Source: the human T2T-CHM13v2.0 reference genome, Homo sapiens
Assembly (NCBI RefSeq): GCF_009914755.1
Contig: NC_060925.1
Direction: 5' to 3' (one strand)
Length of the DNA: 64,000 nucleotides
The translations under genes were made by a program, and so were the position numbers. This document shows positions 21,601 to 35,489 of the stretch, piece after piece. The notes under the pieces are model-generated. The model saw only the letters and a list, made by a program, of their open reading frames with translations, did not search any database and was not told the DNA's origin. Position 1 is the first letter of the stretch, and each line of letters begins with the position of its first letter.

Positions 21601-23326
21601 GGACATTCCCTCCACAAGGGCTTTCTCTGGCCTTGCTGATGCTCCTCCGTCTCCCTTGTGTCCTCTCCACTCCACCCTCTTCATGTGGAAGAACCCTTGG
21701 CATCCTCGTGTGGCCTCTCTGTCCTATCCAGCCCCCCATGGTGACCTCACACTTGCCTCTCTGACGTGGGTCTCTCTCCCAAACCCTCTTCCAGGTCCAA
21801 CCACTGCCTCCATCCCAGACTTGCCCAGGGGCCCAATCCCTGCAGTCCTCAGACATCTCAGAGCTGTCTCTGAGTTGTTTTCTCTAACAGTCCACAATAG
21901 GTCTGCAAAGGAATCCTGCAGGCTCTTCCTGTAGCCAAAGACCTTGACCTCATCTTACCTGCTCCCCGCCAGTCCCCCACCGTGGCCCACTGGCACTGTC
22001 CTCTTCTGCCCAGGAGACCTGGGGACCTCATCTCCTCCCGCTGCTCCAACAATGCATTCTCAACCCAGCAGGTAGATGGGTTTCTACTTTAAAATATGTA
22101 GGATGAACCAGTCTGGTGATCCGATGTACAACAGGAGGAATGTAGGTAATAAAATTGCACTGTTTTGGGAGTTCCTGCTAAATGACTAGACTTCAGCTGC
22201 TCTTGCCACAAAATCCTAAAAGTGGTTGACTCTGGGAGGTGATGGGAATGTTAATTGCTCCCCTGTAGTGACCATTTTGCTATCTGTTTGTACTTTGTAA
22301 CATCACGTTGCATACCTTAAATATACACAATGAAATTTATTAAAACAATGAAAATAAAAACTAAGCAAGAGCCTGCCCCTGCTGTACTCAAGGCCCTGCA
22401 GCAACTCAGATTCATTCCGGGAAAGCTTCGCAGTGGCCTGGGAAGTGCTACATAATCCACCCCGAGCTCTTCCTCTCTCGTCACCACTGTGCCCCCTGCT
22501 CCCTGCAGACCCAGCATGATGGCCTCTCTGTTCTTCAGCAAGCCAGGTGGGCCCTGCCTCGGCCTCTGATCTCCAGGGAACATTTCTCCCCCATACCTGT
22601 GTGGCGGTTGCCCCTCTCCTTCAGGTCTGCTCCCACAGGGTGTTTTATAGAAATGGCTTGAAACAGACGCCCTTCCTCAGCCCTTGACCACGCAAGCTCT
22701 GAGGAGCCACTGGTGTCCCTGTGGCTTTGCTGCAACCAGATCTCTCTGGTCAAGGGCAGCCCTAGGCAGGAGGATCTCCGAGGCTGGCTGTGGGTGACAT
22801 GTGGAAGGAAACTGAGGCCAGGCACTGCATAGAAAAGCAACAGTTTGTTTGCTGGAAGGTAGGGGACACATTCTCAAGACACTGATGTATTTGTCCAGTA
22901 GCTCAATACTTTTTTCTCAACTCTTATTTTCAGAGCTTTGTGGGAAAGCCGTGGATAGTTGGGACCCAAAGGTCGTTTTCAGTTTCAGGATCCTGTGGCC
23001 AAAGAGAGGAGATAAAAATGCTTGGGGCCATTTTACCTTCTACATTACCTAACTGAGTAGCTATTATTTCATGAGGTTGACAGCAGCAAAATATAAGGAG
23101 ATGCTTAAACTATTTAGTAACTGGAGAATCATAATTAAAACCATAATGAGATACTGCTTTAGCTCGGGGTGGGTTGGGGCGGGGGTGGTTCGGGCGGGTG
23201 GTGGGAACTGCAGCACTAGGTGATGTTGAAGTCTGAGTGATGATGGCACATTAGGTGAGCCCAGAGGTGCTGTGAGGAGTGTAGAATAAGGCCGCTGCTT
23301 TGGAGTGCAGTCTGGGGTCAAACTAA

Positions 23327-25579
23327 AAGGCATACCTTGGAGAAACCATGGGTTTGCTTCTAGACCATTGCAATACAGCAAATACTGCAATAAAGCAAGT
23401 CCCATGAAATGTTTGGTTTCCAAGTGCATATAAAATGCTTTTATAGGCTGTAATGTAGTCTACTAAGTATGCAGTAGCATTATGTCTAAAAAAGCCAATG
23501 TATGTACCTTAATTTTAAAATACTTTGTTGCTAAAAAATGCTAATGATCATCTGAGTGTTCAGTGAATTGCCATCTTTTTGCTGGGGGAGGGTCTTGCCT
23601 CAATGTTGGTGGCTGCTGACTAATTAGGGTGGTGGCTGCTGGAGTTTGGGGTTGCTGTGGCAATTTCTTAAAATAAGACAATGAAGTTTGTCACATCAAT
23701 TGACTTCCATTCAAAAGACTTCTCTGTAGCATGTGTTGCTGTTTGATAGCAGTTTACCCACATAACATCTTTAAAAATTAGAGTCACTCTTCTCAAACCC
23801 TGCCACTGCTTTATCAACTAAGTTGATGTCAATTCTAAATCCTTTGTTGTCATTTCAACCGTGTGCACAGCATCTTCACCAGAAGTAGATTCCATCTCAA
23901 GAAAACACTTCCTTTGTTCATCCATAAGAAGCAACTTGTCATCCATTCATGTTTTCTCATGAGACTGCAGCAATTCAGTCCCATCTCCAGGCTCCACTTC
24001 CAATTCTCGTTCTCTTGCTGTTTCCACCACATCTGCAGTGACTTCCTCCCCTGAAGTCCGGGATCGCTCAGAGTCATCCATGAGGGCTGGAATCAACATC
24101 TTCCAAACTCCTGTTCATGTTGCTGTTTTGACCTCCTCCCATGAATCATGAATGTTCTTAAGGCATCTAGAATGGTGAATCCTTTCCAGCAGGTTTTTAA
24201 AAATTTTCTCCCAGATCCATCAGAGGAATCATTGTCTAAGGCAGCTGTAGCCTTATGAAATGTCTTAAATAATAAGACTTGAAAGTTAATTATGGAAGTT
24301 AACTTGAAAGTTAATAAGACTTGAATGTTGTGTTAATGGCTATTTTAATATTTTAATGGACTTAAAATAGTAAACCATGCAGTAAACAGATGTGCTGTCA
24401 TGTAGGCTTTGTTGTTTCATTTATACAGCACAGGTAGAGTAGATTGAACATAATTCCTAAGGGCCTTAGAATTGTTGTAATTGGTGAATGAGCATTGGCT
24501 TTAATTTGAAGTCGCTAGCTGCATGAGCCCCTAACAAGAGAGTCACCCTGTCCTTTGAAGCTTTGGAGCCAGGCATTGGCTTCTTTCTAGCTATGAGAGT
24601 TCTGGATGGCATCTGCTTCTAATAGAAGGCTGTTTTGTGTGCATTGAAAATCCGTTGTTAGTGTGGCCCCCTTCATCAGTGATCTTAGCTGGATCTGCTG
24701 GAGAACTTGCTGCAGCGCCTTCATCAGCTCTTGCTGCTTCTCCTTGCATTTTTATGTTACAGTGATGGCTTCTTTTTTTAAACCGCATGAACCAACCCCC
24801 GCCAGCTTCAAGCTTTTCTTCTGCAGCTTCCTCGCTTCTCTCAACCTTCATAGAATTGAAGAGAGGATCTTGCTCTGGATTAGGCTTTGGATTAAGGAAA
24901 TGTTGTGGCTGGTTTGATTTTCTATTCAGATCGTGCACACTTTCTGCATATCTGCAATAAGACTTTCGCTTTTTTATCATTCGTGTGTTCACTGGAGTAC
25001 TTTCAGTTTCCTTCAAGAACTTCTCCTTTGCATTCACAGCTTGGCTGACTTTGGCACAAGTAGCATCTTTCTGCTTTGGATGTGCCTTCCTCACTAAGAT
25101 TGATCATCTCTAGCCTTTGCCTTAAAGTGAGAGGTGTGTGACTCTTCCTTTCACTTCAACACTTAGGGGCCATTATAGGGTCATTAATTGGCCCAATTTC
25201 AGTATTGTTGTGTGCCAGGGGATAGGGAGGCCTGGGGGGAGAGAGAGAGGCAGGGGAATGGCTGGTCTGGCGAGCAGTGAGGATGTACATGCCATTTTTC
25301 CATTAAGTTTGCTGCCTTGTATGGACGCAGTTCTTGGCATCCCTAAAGAATTTCAACGGTAACATGAAAGATCCCTGATCACAGATCACCAGAACAAAAG
25401 GAACAATAACAAAAAAGCTTGAAATATTGCAGGAGTTACCAAAATGAGACACAGACACCAAGTGAGCACATGCTGCTGCGAAAATGCCACAGGTCAGCTT
25501 GCTCAACGCATGGTTGCCACCCACCTTCAATTTTTAACAAATGCAGTATGCGAAGCGCAGTAACATGAGGTATAGGCTG
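23327..25579 (-). mobile_element. Near-full-length Tigger1 DNA transposon
   Basis: TIR-like ends (aggcatacct... / ...gaggtataggctg-TA). Decayed transposase fragment at 24591-25094 (VNAKEKFLKE...EKLEAGGGWFMRFKKRS). Confidence 0.9.
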
Positions 25580-25639
25580 TATATGAAAGGCAGTTAGACC
25601 AACCGGACGCTAGGGGGAGCCAGTCCCCAACACCGGGCT

Positions 25640-26600
25640 TGTTTCTCACACCAGCGGCATGTCTGTCGGGTGAGTTGTTCCCAAAACCACCTCCGGTTCT
25701 ATAACTCACTAGAAAAGCCCCCAGAACCCACTGAAAGCTGCTACGCTTTCCGTTACAGTTTATTATGGGGAACGGAGACAACTTTAAGTCAGCCAAGGGA
25801 GGAAACCCATGGGGGAGTCCGGGAGAGGTAACAGAGCTTCGACTGTCCTGTCCCCGTGGTGTCTGGGCTGTGCTACCTTCCGGGCACCCTGTGTGACTGC
25901 ACGGGGAGTTCTGCCAACCAGGGACACTGCCCAGCCTTAGAATCCTGGGTCTCTTCTGGCATCCAGCACCTAGGGATAGCTGACTTCCCACATGGCCAGT
26001 CTTAGTCTCCAGCCTCAGAGGAAGTCGAACTGCAGGACTCAAAGGGCCCCTACCGCACATCACATTGCTGCCGCTGGACTTGGCTCAGGGACTCCCGCCC
26101 CCATGTCACAGTGTTCTCTTCAGTGCAGCCAACCTACCCTAAACCACATTATGGGACTGTCCAGTGTGACCCAAGGCCACCAGGCAAACAAAGACCCTCC
26201 TGTCAGGCATGGCATCCCAAGGGCTTTGAGGTCACTTCCCAGCAGCAGAGTGCAAGGGCAGGGGGGTGTTCTTGGGAACAGCTCAGTTGTGGACTATGCA
26301 GTTTGCATGCCCACACTGTGGTCTGAAGGTGTCCCACCCTCCACATTAGTACGTTGAAATCCTCACCTTCAAGATGATGGTGTTATGACATGGAGCATTT
26401 GGAGGTGATGAGTTCATGAATGGGATTACTGCCCTTATAAAAGGGACCCCAGAGAACTCCCTCATCTCTTACACCATGTGAGGACTCAGTGAGAAGGTGC
26501 TGTCTATGAACAAGGAATTGACCTCACCAGCCACTGGATATGCTGGTGGCTTGATCTTGGACTTCCGGCCTCCAGAGCTGTGAGCAGCACACTTTGGTGG
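25640..26600. mobile_element. MER21-like LTR followed by an MLT1/MST MaLR LTR
   Basis: Sequence motifs resemble these families; boundaries approximate. Confidence 0.5.
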
Positions 26601-28425
26601 TTTCTAAGCTGCCCAGGCTGTCCACATGGACTGGGGTACTATGTATTGCATCAGTTCCACCCCTGGGCTGTTATGCCAAAGAGATGCCCACAGGGTTCCA
26701 TGAGGGCACAGGCATGGGATGGTTACAGAGCCATTGGTTGCTGTGGTGACAGGTCCTCACTGCTGAGGATGTGGAAAGGTGAATATGGTGGAGGCCTCAG
26801 TGGTAACTGAACTGAGTAAAAATTGTTCTGCTACAAGGGCCTGCACATGGGGTGCCCTTGACAAGAGATGTGCACATGGGATTTGCACATGGTGGTGCCC
26901 TAGGTTGTGTGTATGTGTGCATGGATCAGAGAACTCCAGGAAGAGCCCATTTTGCTGACGATTGATTCCTAAATGCAAATGCAACTTCTTCCAAGATGCA
27001 ACGTGCAGAAGAGTGGGGGCAGGGCAACAGGCTATTGCCATTCCTGAGAACCGGGCTTACCTTTTTGGAAACCTGTGGATAGACTGCCCATCCAATTGCT
27101 GTTGGTGGTAGGATGTCCCCAAGTCTCGTTCTGCTGCAGGAGAGTGGGGTCACTGAACACAGAGCTATCTACAGCTGCAGAGGCTGTCTGGCAAGCACAG
27201 GGCTGTGGATACTGCACCCACCAATGGGCTGAAGGACTTTGCAGCTCAGGAGCCTCATTGGCTGTGCCAGAGTGCGGTTTGTCTAATCTATATCCCGCCC
27301 TTTCCCCTGTAAATTTTGAGCCCTCAAAATCATCTTTAGAGAAAGGCATAGACCTGTCTCCTAGGCTCATCCTTAACTTTGGCAAATACATTTTCTAAGG
27401 TGATTGAGACTTGTCTCGTCATTTTCCCCTATTGACAGGTCCCTCTCATAAGGAAACTAATCCCATTTGTGAGGCTCCACTTTCATGACCCAGTCACCTC
27501 CCAAAGGCCCCACCTCCTAATACCATCACCTTGGGGGTAAAGATTTCAATATATAAATTTGGAGAGTGGGACACAAACATTCAGATTGTAACCCCAGTGA
27601 CTGGATTTAGGGCCCACCTGAAATCCAGGATTATCTCAATCCAAGATTCCTAATCAAGTCTGCAAACAGGAAGTCCTGTTTTTCAAATTGGATCACTTTT
27701 GTAAATTCACAGAAGTGTCATTTTGGAGGGTTACCATTTAGTCCTCTCTGCGGGGTGTCTTAACTTCAATCCTCTTGGAGGCCATCTGTTGAGAAGTGTG
27801 TATGTGCGTCATATATCCATGTTATAGGTGAGGAGATGGAGGCTCAGGGACATTAAGCAGCCCCGCATCCCACAGCTAGAGGCTGCAAAGTCAGGACTGA
27901 AGCCCACTGGAGGACCCCTGTGCCCTTAAGAGAGATGTGGGGGTGGCGGCTGGACCGAGGAAGTGGATTAACTGCAGTAGATAGCGCAGTAGAGGTGAAT
28001 GGAGCTACAGAGGCAGCTGGCTCCCTGCGAGCACTTTTGGGATGAGGGAACCTGCAGCCCTGGCTCCCGGGGTGGGCCATGTGCCACTGGGGTTGCCCTT
28101 TACTGTGTGATGCCATAGGCTACCTGGGGAGGTTCCTGGCCCCAACACCACCAAACGCTCCCCCTTCCTTTTCTCTGGATTTTATTTTTGCTTTACATAT
28201 ATTTTTAATTAACACGTAATAATTGTATATATTTGTGAGGTTTTGTTTCTGTAATTCCTTCCTTCCTGTCTGGTGCATAGGGAGGTGCCCCATAAATGTC
28301 TTCAGTGAGGGAATGACTGCATCGCCCCACGCTCTGCTCATCCTAGCAGGTGATGGGGTCTTTCTCCCCACCCCTCAGAGCAGGTTTTACACTTTCAGGT
28401 TTGAGGAAAAAGCATTTTGAGAATT

Positions 28426-29265
28426 GTTATGGGTTCCATTTTGTATCCCCTGCCCCCCAGTCATCTGTTGAAGTTCTAACCCCAGGACCTCAGAGTGTGA
28501 CTCTAATAAGCCCCCCTTGTCCTTGGGGGATACATTCCATGACCCCCAGTGGATGCCTGAAACTGAGGATAGTACCCAATCCTACACAGCCTGTGCTTTT
28601 TCCCATACATACATAGCTATGGTAAAGTTTATACATTTGGCACAGTAAGAGATTAATAACAATAACTAATAATAAAATTAGTGGGGTGTGGTGGTGCCTG
28701 CCTGTAGTTTCATCTACTTGGGAGGTTGAGGCAGGAGGATCACTTGAGCCAAGGAGGTAGAGACCAGCCTGGGCAACAAAGTGAGATGTTGTGTGTAAAA
28801 AATATATAAAAATTTGAAAAAGGTAAATAAACTAGAATGATTATGATAATATACTGTAATAAAAGTTATGTGAATATGGTCTTTCTGTCCTGCAAAATAT
28901 CTTAACAAAAATAACTACAGTGGACCATGGGTAACTGAAACTGTGGGTGAGGAGGACTATGATATTTGGAGATAGGGTCTTTTGAGAAGTAATTAAGGTT
29001 AAGTAAGTTTATTGGGGTGGGCCCTGATCCAGTAGGACTGGTATCCTTATAACAAGAGGAGATTAGGATGCAGAGACACCCAGAGGGAGGACCATGTGAG
29101 GACACTGGGAGGAGAGGACTATCTGGTAGCCATGGAGCGAGGCCTGAGGGTGAACCAATGCTGTCTACACCTTGATCTTGGACTTCCAGATCAAGGAAAG
29201 AAATAAATGCCTGTTGTCTGAGCCACTCAGTGTGCAGTGCTGTGTTAGGCAGCTCTAGGAAATGG
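28426..29265 (+). mobile_element. MLT1 LTR interrupted by a MER2-like element and an Alu fragment
   Basis: MLT1 motifs at both ends; MER2-type ccagtggatgcctgaaac in the middle. Confidence 0.55.
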
Positions 29266-30166
29266 ATAGAAGAGCTGATTAAAAATGCACATTCCTGCCA
29301 CTCCATGGAACTGACTTCCTAAGTCTGCACTGGGGCCCAGAAATCTGCAGGACAGGACCCTGCTCTAAGGTTCTTAGAATCCACACTGAGAAACACTAAT
29401 TCCAGTTTAGTCTCACAACAGCAAAGAAGTGAGGAGAGAAGAGAGTTTCTCAAACTTCATTTCACTATGCCCCCCAGAAGGAGCCTTTTAAGACTTTTTT
29501 TTCCTCATTGTCACCACGACCCTGCAGCTTCCACAGCACAGGTACTGTGTATCTGTTTATGTGCCAGGTTCTTCAGAGGCTGCCAGCCACTGTGATGCCT
29601 TTAGCCCCTGAGAACGAATTCTCACCCCCTGGGGAGGCATGTCATTCCCAATGAGAATGCATAAAATAGAACAAGAATTGCTCTCCACTTTTTTTGTATG
29701 CATATGTACACATATGCACATGCACACACAGATGTCCATTGAGACATAGAACATTTCATTATACAGTTCACAAGGAAAGTGCTGCTTAAAAGAATCCCAA
29801 CCAGAGCACAGAGAATGGGAAACTGTTATAGGATGGAGATGTGTCAGCCATGGAATTACACCTAGCAGAATGGCTGGCTGCAGATGGAACTGCAGGGGAA
29901 ACTGGTGGATTTGGGGGTCCCAGAGTTGGGCCCCGAGCTAGTCTAATGCTTCTTAGGCCCTCCATCTGTGCAGGGGACCCTATTGCTCTTCTGCAAGCTT
30001 TCTGTGAGGTTAGAATGAAGGAGCAGTGGCCTTTGCATGTGCCCTCCAGAGGTCATTACTGCAGTTGTAATTTCATCCTTACGGGGTGAGATCCAGGCTG
30101 GATTTGGGGTTGGTCACTCACTATGCATCCTGAGGCAGTGAGTTCACTATGCATCCTGGGCAGTCT

Positions 30167-32137
30167 GGGGTGGGAGGTGGAGCCAAGATGGCCAAATAGG
30201 AACAGCTCCGGTCTACAGCTCCCAGCGTGAGCGACGCAGAAGACGGGTGATTTCTGCATTTCCATCTGAGGTACTGGGTTCATCTCACTAGGGAGTGCCA
30301 GACAGTGGGTGCAGGACAGTGGGTGCAGCACACCGTGCGCGAGCCAAAGCAGGGCGAGGGATTGCCTCACTCAGGAAGCACAAGCGGTCAGGGAGTTCCC
30401 TTTCCTAGTCAAAGAAAGGGGTGACAGACGGCACCTGGAAAATCGGGTCACTCCCACCCTAATACTGCGCTTTTCCAACAGGCTTAACAAACGGCACACG
30501 AGGAGATTATATCCCGCACCTGGCTCAGAGGGTCCTATGCCCACGGAGTCTCGCTGATTGCTAGCACAGCAGTCTGAGATCAAACTGCAAGGCAGCAGCG
30601 AGGCTGGGGGAGGGGCACCTGCCATTGCCCAGGCTTGATTAGGTAAACAAAGCAGCCTGGAAGCTCGAACTGGGTGGAGCCCACCACAGCTCAAGGAGGC
30701 CTGCCTGCCTCTGTAGGCTCCACCTCTCGGGGCAGGGCACAGACAAACAAAAAGACAGCAGTAACCTCTGCAGACTTAAGTGTCCCTGTCTGACAGCTTT
30801 GAAGAGAGTAGTGGTTCTCCCAGCACGCAGCTGGAGATCTGAGAACGGGCAGACTGCCTCCTCAAGTGGGTCCCTGACCCCCAAGTAGCCTAACTGGGAG
30901 GCACCCCCCAGTAGGGGCAGACTGACACCTCACACGGCTGGGTACTCCTCTGGGACAAAACATCCAGAGGAACCATCAGGCAGCAACACTTGCTGTTCAC
31001 CAATATCCGCTGTTCTACAGCCACCACTGTTCTGCAGCCACCTCTGCTGACACCCAAGCAAACAGGGTCTGGAGTGGACCTCTAGCAAACTCCAACAGAC
31101 CTGCAGCTGAGGGTCCTGTCTGTTGGAAGGAAAACTAACAAACAGAAAGGACATCCACACCAAAAACCCATCTGTACATCACCACCATCAAAGACCAAAA
31201 GTAGATAATACCACAAAGATGGAGGAAAAACAGAGCAGAAAAACTGGAAACTCCAAAAAGCAGAGTGCCTCTCCTCCTCCAAAGGAACGCAGCTTCTCAC
31301 CAGCAACGGAACAAAGCTGGACAGAGAATGACTTTGACGAGGTGAGAGAAGAAGTCTCCAGACGATCAAACTACTCTGAGCTACAGGAGGAAATTCAAAA
31401 CAATGGCAAAGAAGTTAAAAACTGTGAAAAAAAATTAGATGAATGTATAACTAGAATAACCAATGCAGGGAAGTCCTTAAAAGAGCTGATGGAGCTGAAA
31501 GCCAAGGCTCGAGAACTAAGTGAAGAATGCAGAAGCCTCAGGAGCCGATGCCATCAACTGGAAGAAAGGGTATCAGTGATGGAAGATGAAATGAATGAAA
31601 TGAAGCAAGAAGGGAAGTTTAGAGAAAAAAGAATAAAAAGAAACGAACAAAGCCTCCAAGAAATATGGGACTATGTGAAAAGACCAAATCTACGTCTGAT
31701 TGGTGTACCTGAAAGTGATGGGGAGAATGGAACCAAGTTGGAAAACACTCTACAGGATATTATCCAGGAGAACTTCCCCAACCTAGCAAGGCAGGCCAAC
31801 ATTCAGATTCAGGAAATACAGAGAACGCCACAAAGATACTCCTCGAGAACAGCAACTCCAAGACACATAATTGTCAGATTCACCAAAGTTGAAATGAAGG
31901 AAAAAATGTTAAGGGCAGCCAGAGAGAAAAGTCGGGTTACCCACAAAGGGAAGCCCATCAGACTAACAGCTGATCTCTCGGCAGAAACTCTACAAGCCAG
32001 AAGAGAGTGGGGGCCACTATTCAACATTCTTAAAGAAAAGAATTTTCCACCCAGAATTTCATATCCAGCCAAACTAAGCTTCATAAGTGAAGGAGAAATA
32101 AAATCCTTTACAGACAAGCAAATGCTGAGAGATTTCG

Positions 32138-32139
<2 letters not shown>
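30167..32139 (+). mobile_element. L1PA (about PA3-like) 5'UTR + ORF1, 3'-truncated
   Basis: Starts ggaggtggagccaagatggcc. ORF1 ATG at 31219 is open to ...QMLRDFV and then abuts (TTTC)n. Confidence 0.93.
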
Positions 32140-32194
<55 letters not shown>

Positions 32195-32507
32195 TTTCTT
32201 TCTTTCCTTCTTTCTTCTTTCATCTGTCTGACAGGATCTGGCTCTGTCACCCAGGCTGGAGTGCAGTAGCACAATCATGGCTCACTGTAGCCTTAAACTC
32301 CTGGGCTCGAGTGATTTTCCCACCTCAGCCTCCTGAGTAGCTGGGACAACAGGCACACACCACCATGCCTGGCTAATTTCTTTATTTTTATTTTTTTGTA
32401 GAGATGGGGTCTTGCTATATTGCCCAGGGTGTCCTCAAACTCCTGGCCTCAAGCAATTTTCCCGCCTCAGCCTCCCAAAATGCTGGATGACAGCTGCAAG
32501 CCACCAC
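32140..32507 (-). mobile_element. AluJ with an expanded (TTTC)n tail
   Basis: AluJ diagnostic sequence atcatggctcactgtagcctt...ctcctgggctc. Confidence 0.85.
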
Positions 32508-33145
32508 AAGCAACTCTGTCATAATGCAGTCTTTATAACCAGCTGAGCACAATCTCTACTCTCAAAATAGGGCTCTGAAGTCTAGGAACAAGTCCTCAGC
32601 TCCTGAAATGACAGAGGAGGAAGTGAGTGAAGTGAATGAATGAAGGACACAGTCAATATTGAGAATAATCACAGTGATTGCAACTGTAAACCCTCCCTGA
32701 CGCGGCCTTGCTCTGAATGCTACTCTGTTGGTCTTTCAGGATGGTATCAGCACTCCCAGCAGACAGAGTGGCTCAGGGCTCACACCAGGTCCCTCAGCCC
32801 ACACCCATCAGACTTGGGGTTCAAACTCAGATCTGTCTGTTTTCAAGACAGAGCCCAACCAGCCTGCCTGAAATCAGCCAGTGAAGACTTAATTGAGGGA
32901 TTGCTAGGAGACAGATGGTCTCACTGGGTAGATCATAATCAGGCAATGCCAGAGGGAGGATCCCCACTGGCCACCCCATTCCTACTGTGTCTGAGGACAC
33001 ATGGACGAAGCCTCAGCTCAGGGCTTCGTGTTAGGGTCCTGGATTTGGGGTGGGGGGGCAGGATGTGCCTTGTCGGGGCTCCCTGCTCACCACGCCATGG
33101 CTCAGCCTTGTCGCTGCTGGTGGGCCGCCTCTGCTCCTTTTCTCT

Positions 33146-33300
33146 TCACTCCCTCTCTTCTTCCAGTGATGCTTTGTTCTTTTCCCTTTGACGTTTCCAG
33201 AAGATGCAGATGCCTCCAGCTATTACGAGTCCCATGGCAACAAGGATCAGAGGCAGAGCTGCTTTCCATGCCGTGAACTGGGAGCTTCTGGAGAAGGTAG
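33146..33300 (-). CDS. BTNL10: BTNL10 transmembrane exon, ends in TGA
   Basis: Acceptor cttctccag|CT ACC; hydrophobic helix followed by KRQREKNKASLEEERE*. Confidence 0.82.
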
Positions 33301-33446
33301 CTGGAGAAGATTCCCAGAAGCCAGGAATATTGGGGTAAGAGAGTTTCTGTGTTCTGAGGTCAAACTTGCTAAAGAGTTCAGTAGTCCAGGGACATAATAT
33401 TTGCAAATTACTGTGAAATAGTTTCCAAAATAGTATGTATTTGCAC

Positions 33447-33820
33447 AGCTGGTCTATGGACCGAATGTCTGTGTCCCCCAAAGGGGTTGAAATCCCAACC
33501 CCTACGGTGATGATGTTAGGAGGTGAGGCCTTTGGGAAGTGATGAGGTCATGAGGGTGGAGCCCCTGTAACGGATATGATGGGAATGGTGCCCTTATAAA
33601 GGGGAGAGCCCAGAGAGCTCCCTCACCCCTTCCACCATGTGAGGACACAGTGAGAAGGCGCTGTCTATGAACCAGGAAGTGCCCTTGCCAGACACCAAAT
33701 CTGCCACGCCTTGATCTTGGACTTCCCAGCTTACAAAACTGTGGGCAATAGCTATCTCTTGTTTCTAAGCCACCTGGTCTGTGGTATTTTGTTATAGGCA
33801 CACAAATGGAGTAAGACAGT
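33447..33820 (+). mobile_element. MLT1A-like MaLR LTR in a BTNL10 intron
   Basis: aatgtctgtgtccccc...ccttgatcttggacttcccagc...gtattttgttata. Confidence 0.7.
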
Positions 33821-34896
33821 TGGGTTTAGACATATGCATAGGAAGTAGATATTAGATATCTATTTGTAGATAGACAAAGGGAGAAGTGATAAAAAGAAAT
33901 ATCGCAATAAGGTAAAAATATGGTGAATCTGAGTAAAGGGTGCACAGACAACTTTTCTATTAATCTTGCAAAGTTTCTGTAAGTTTGACATCATTTAGAA
34001 AAGTAAAAGTGAAAGTTTTTGTGAAAAGCTAAATTTGGAAACAACCAAGATATTTTTTAGTAGGTGAATGGATCAATAAACAGTGGTCCATCCAGATCCT
34101 GGAACGTTATTCATTTCACAAAAGAAACAAGTTATCAAGGCAGGAAAAGACATGGAGGAAACCTAAATGCGTACCACAAAGTGAGGGAAGTCAAAGTGAA
34201 GGGGCTACAGAGGCACCGTCCCAACTACAGGACATTCCAGAACACCTGGAAACTATGGAGACAGTGAAAACATCAGTGGTGGCCAGGAGTTAGGGGAGAT
34301 GAATGAATGAGCGGAGCACGGAGGATTAAGGGCAGTGACATTATTTTGTATGATACTATGACAGATATGTGGCATTATATATTTATCTAGAACCATGGGA
34401 CACCATGCCAAGAGTGAGCCCTCATGAAAACTGCACTCTGGGTGCTGACGGCATTGTCAACGGAAGTTCATCAAACATGGTGGACGTTCCTTCTGGTGTA
34501 GGGTTTTTATGCTGGGGGAAGGTGTGTGAGGGGGTTAGGGGAAGATGGGAACTCTCTGGACTTTCTACTAAAATTTGTTGTGACCCTAAAACTGCTTTAA
34601 AAAATAAAGCCTATTTTAAAAAACCCTAAAAACTGTTGATATTAGGATGTACATTTCTTGTTCCCCCAAAGGCAAGGCTCTCCCCAGGGTCCCTGCACCC
34701 TTATCTCTGTTCCTCTTCAGTAATCAGCACCCAAACAGTGCACCTCCTGGGATGCCCCAGCCATGTGAGGACAGGGACCTGCCACCCATCCCTGCTTGCC
34801 ACAAACCCCACAGCTGTCTCTTAATGTCCCCAGTGTCCAGGGCCACGGAATCCTGTGCTCAGTGATTGTGAGGACAGAACTGAATAGAGGACTCAC

Positions 34897-35178
34897 CGGG
34901 CAGGTGGCTCTCAGCCACCTTCCTCCTTTCAGGGAGGAGGGGGCTGGAGATGGAGCAGGAGAGACCCTCCACAGCCCTGTCCCAGAGCGTCAAGCTGGAT
35001 GCCACAGCCCAGAGCCTGGTGGTGGCTGAGGCTGATAGATTGGTCACAGCAGGCCTAGCCTGGCCCCTGAAGTCTCTCCGTTCCACCCAGGACTTGGGGA
35101 AACAGCCTGCTGATGTGCACTCCGCCCTGACTCCATCCTGCTGGTCTGTCACCTGGATTCTGGGCTCTCTGCCCAGCC
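34897..35178 (-). CDS. BTNL10: BTNL10 IgC exon (282 nt)
   Basis: Acceptor ccttcag|GG CTG, donor CCC G|gtgagt. Confidence 0.88.
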
Positions 35179-35489
35179 CTGAAGGAAGAGACAGCAGCTT
35201 GAATCTTTGCAGCCATGGCTGCTTCTATTTAAAGGAAAAACAAAATCTTGAGGATTTCCAATGTATTTTGGCAATTTCACAAACTGCCTACCCTGTGTTA
35301 CACACCATCCCTAACAGAGTTCCCCATTTCCCAGACAAAAGAAGGGAAGCAAAGTGGAAAAGGTCCAGGAAGATTGAATAGGCATCCTGTGTTGCAGAAG
35401 TAGAATTCATGGCACAAGATGGGACCCAGGCTTGTCTGTTTCGAAGCACAAGTTCTGAGTCACTCGGGAAACCTCCCGTATCTGAAGAC

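Noticed and set aside
24591-25094. Domesticated TIGD-like transposase gene
   Set aside because: A frameshifted fragment of an ordinary Tigger1 copy.
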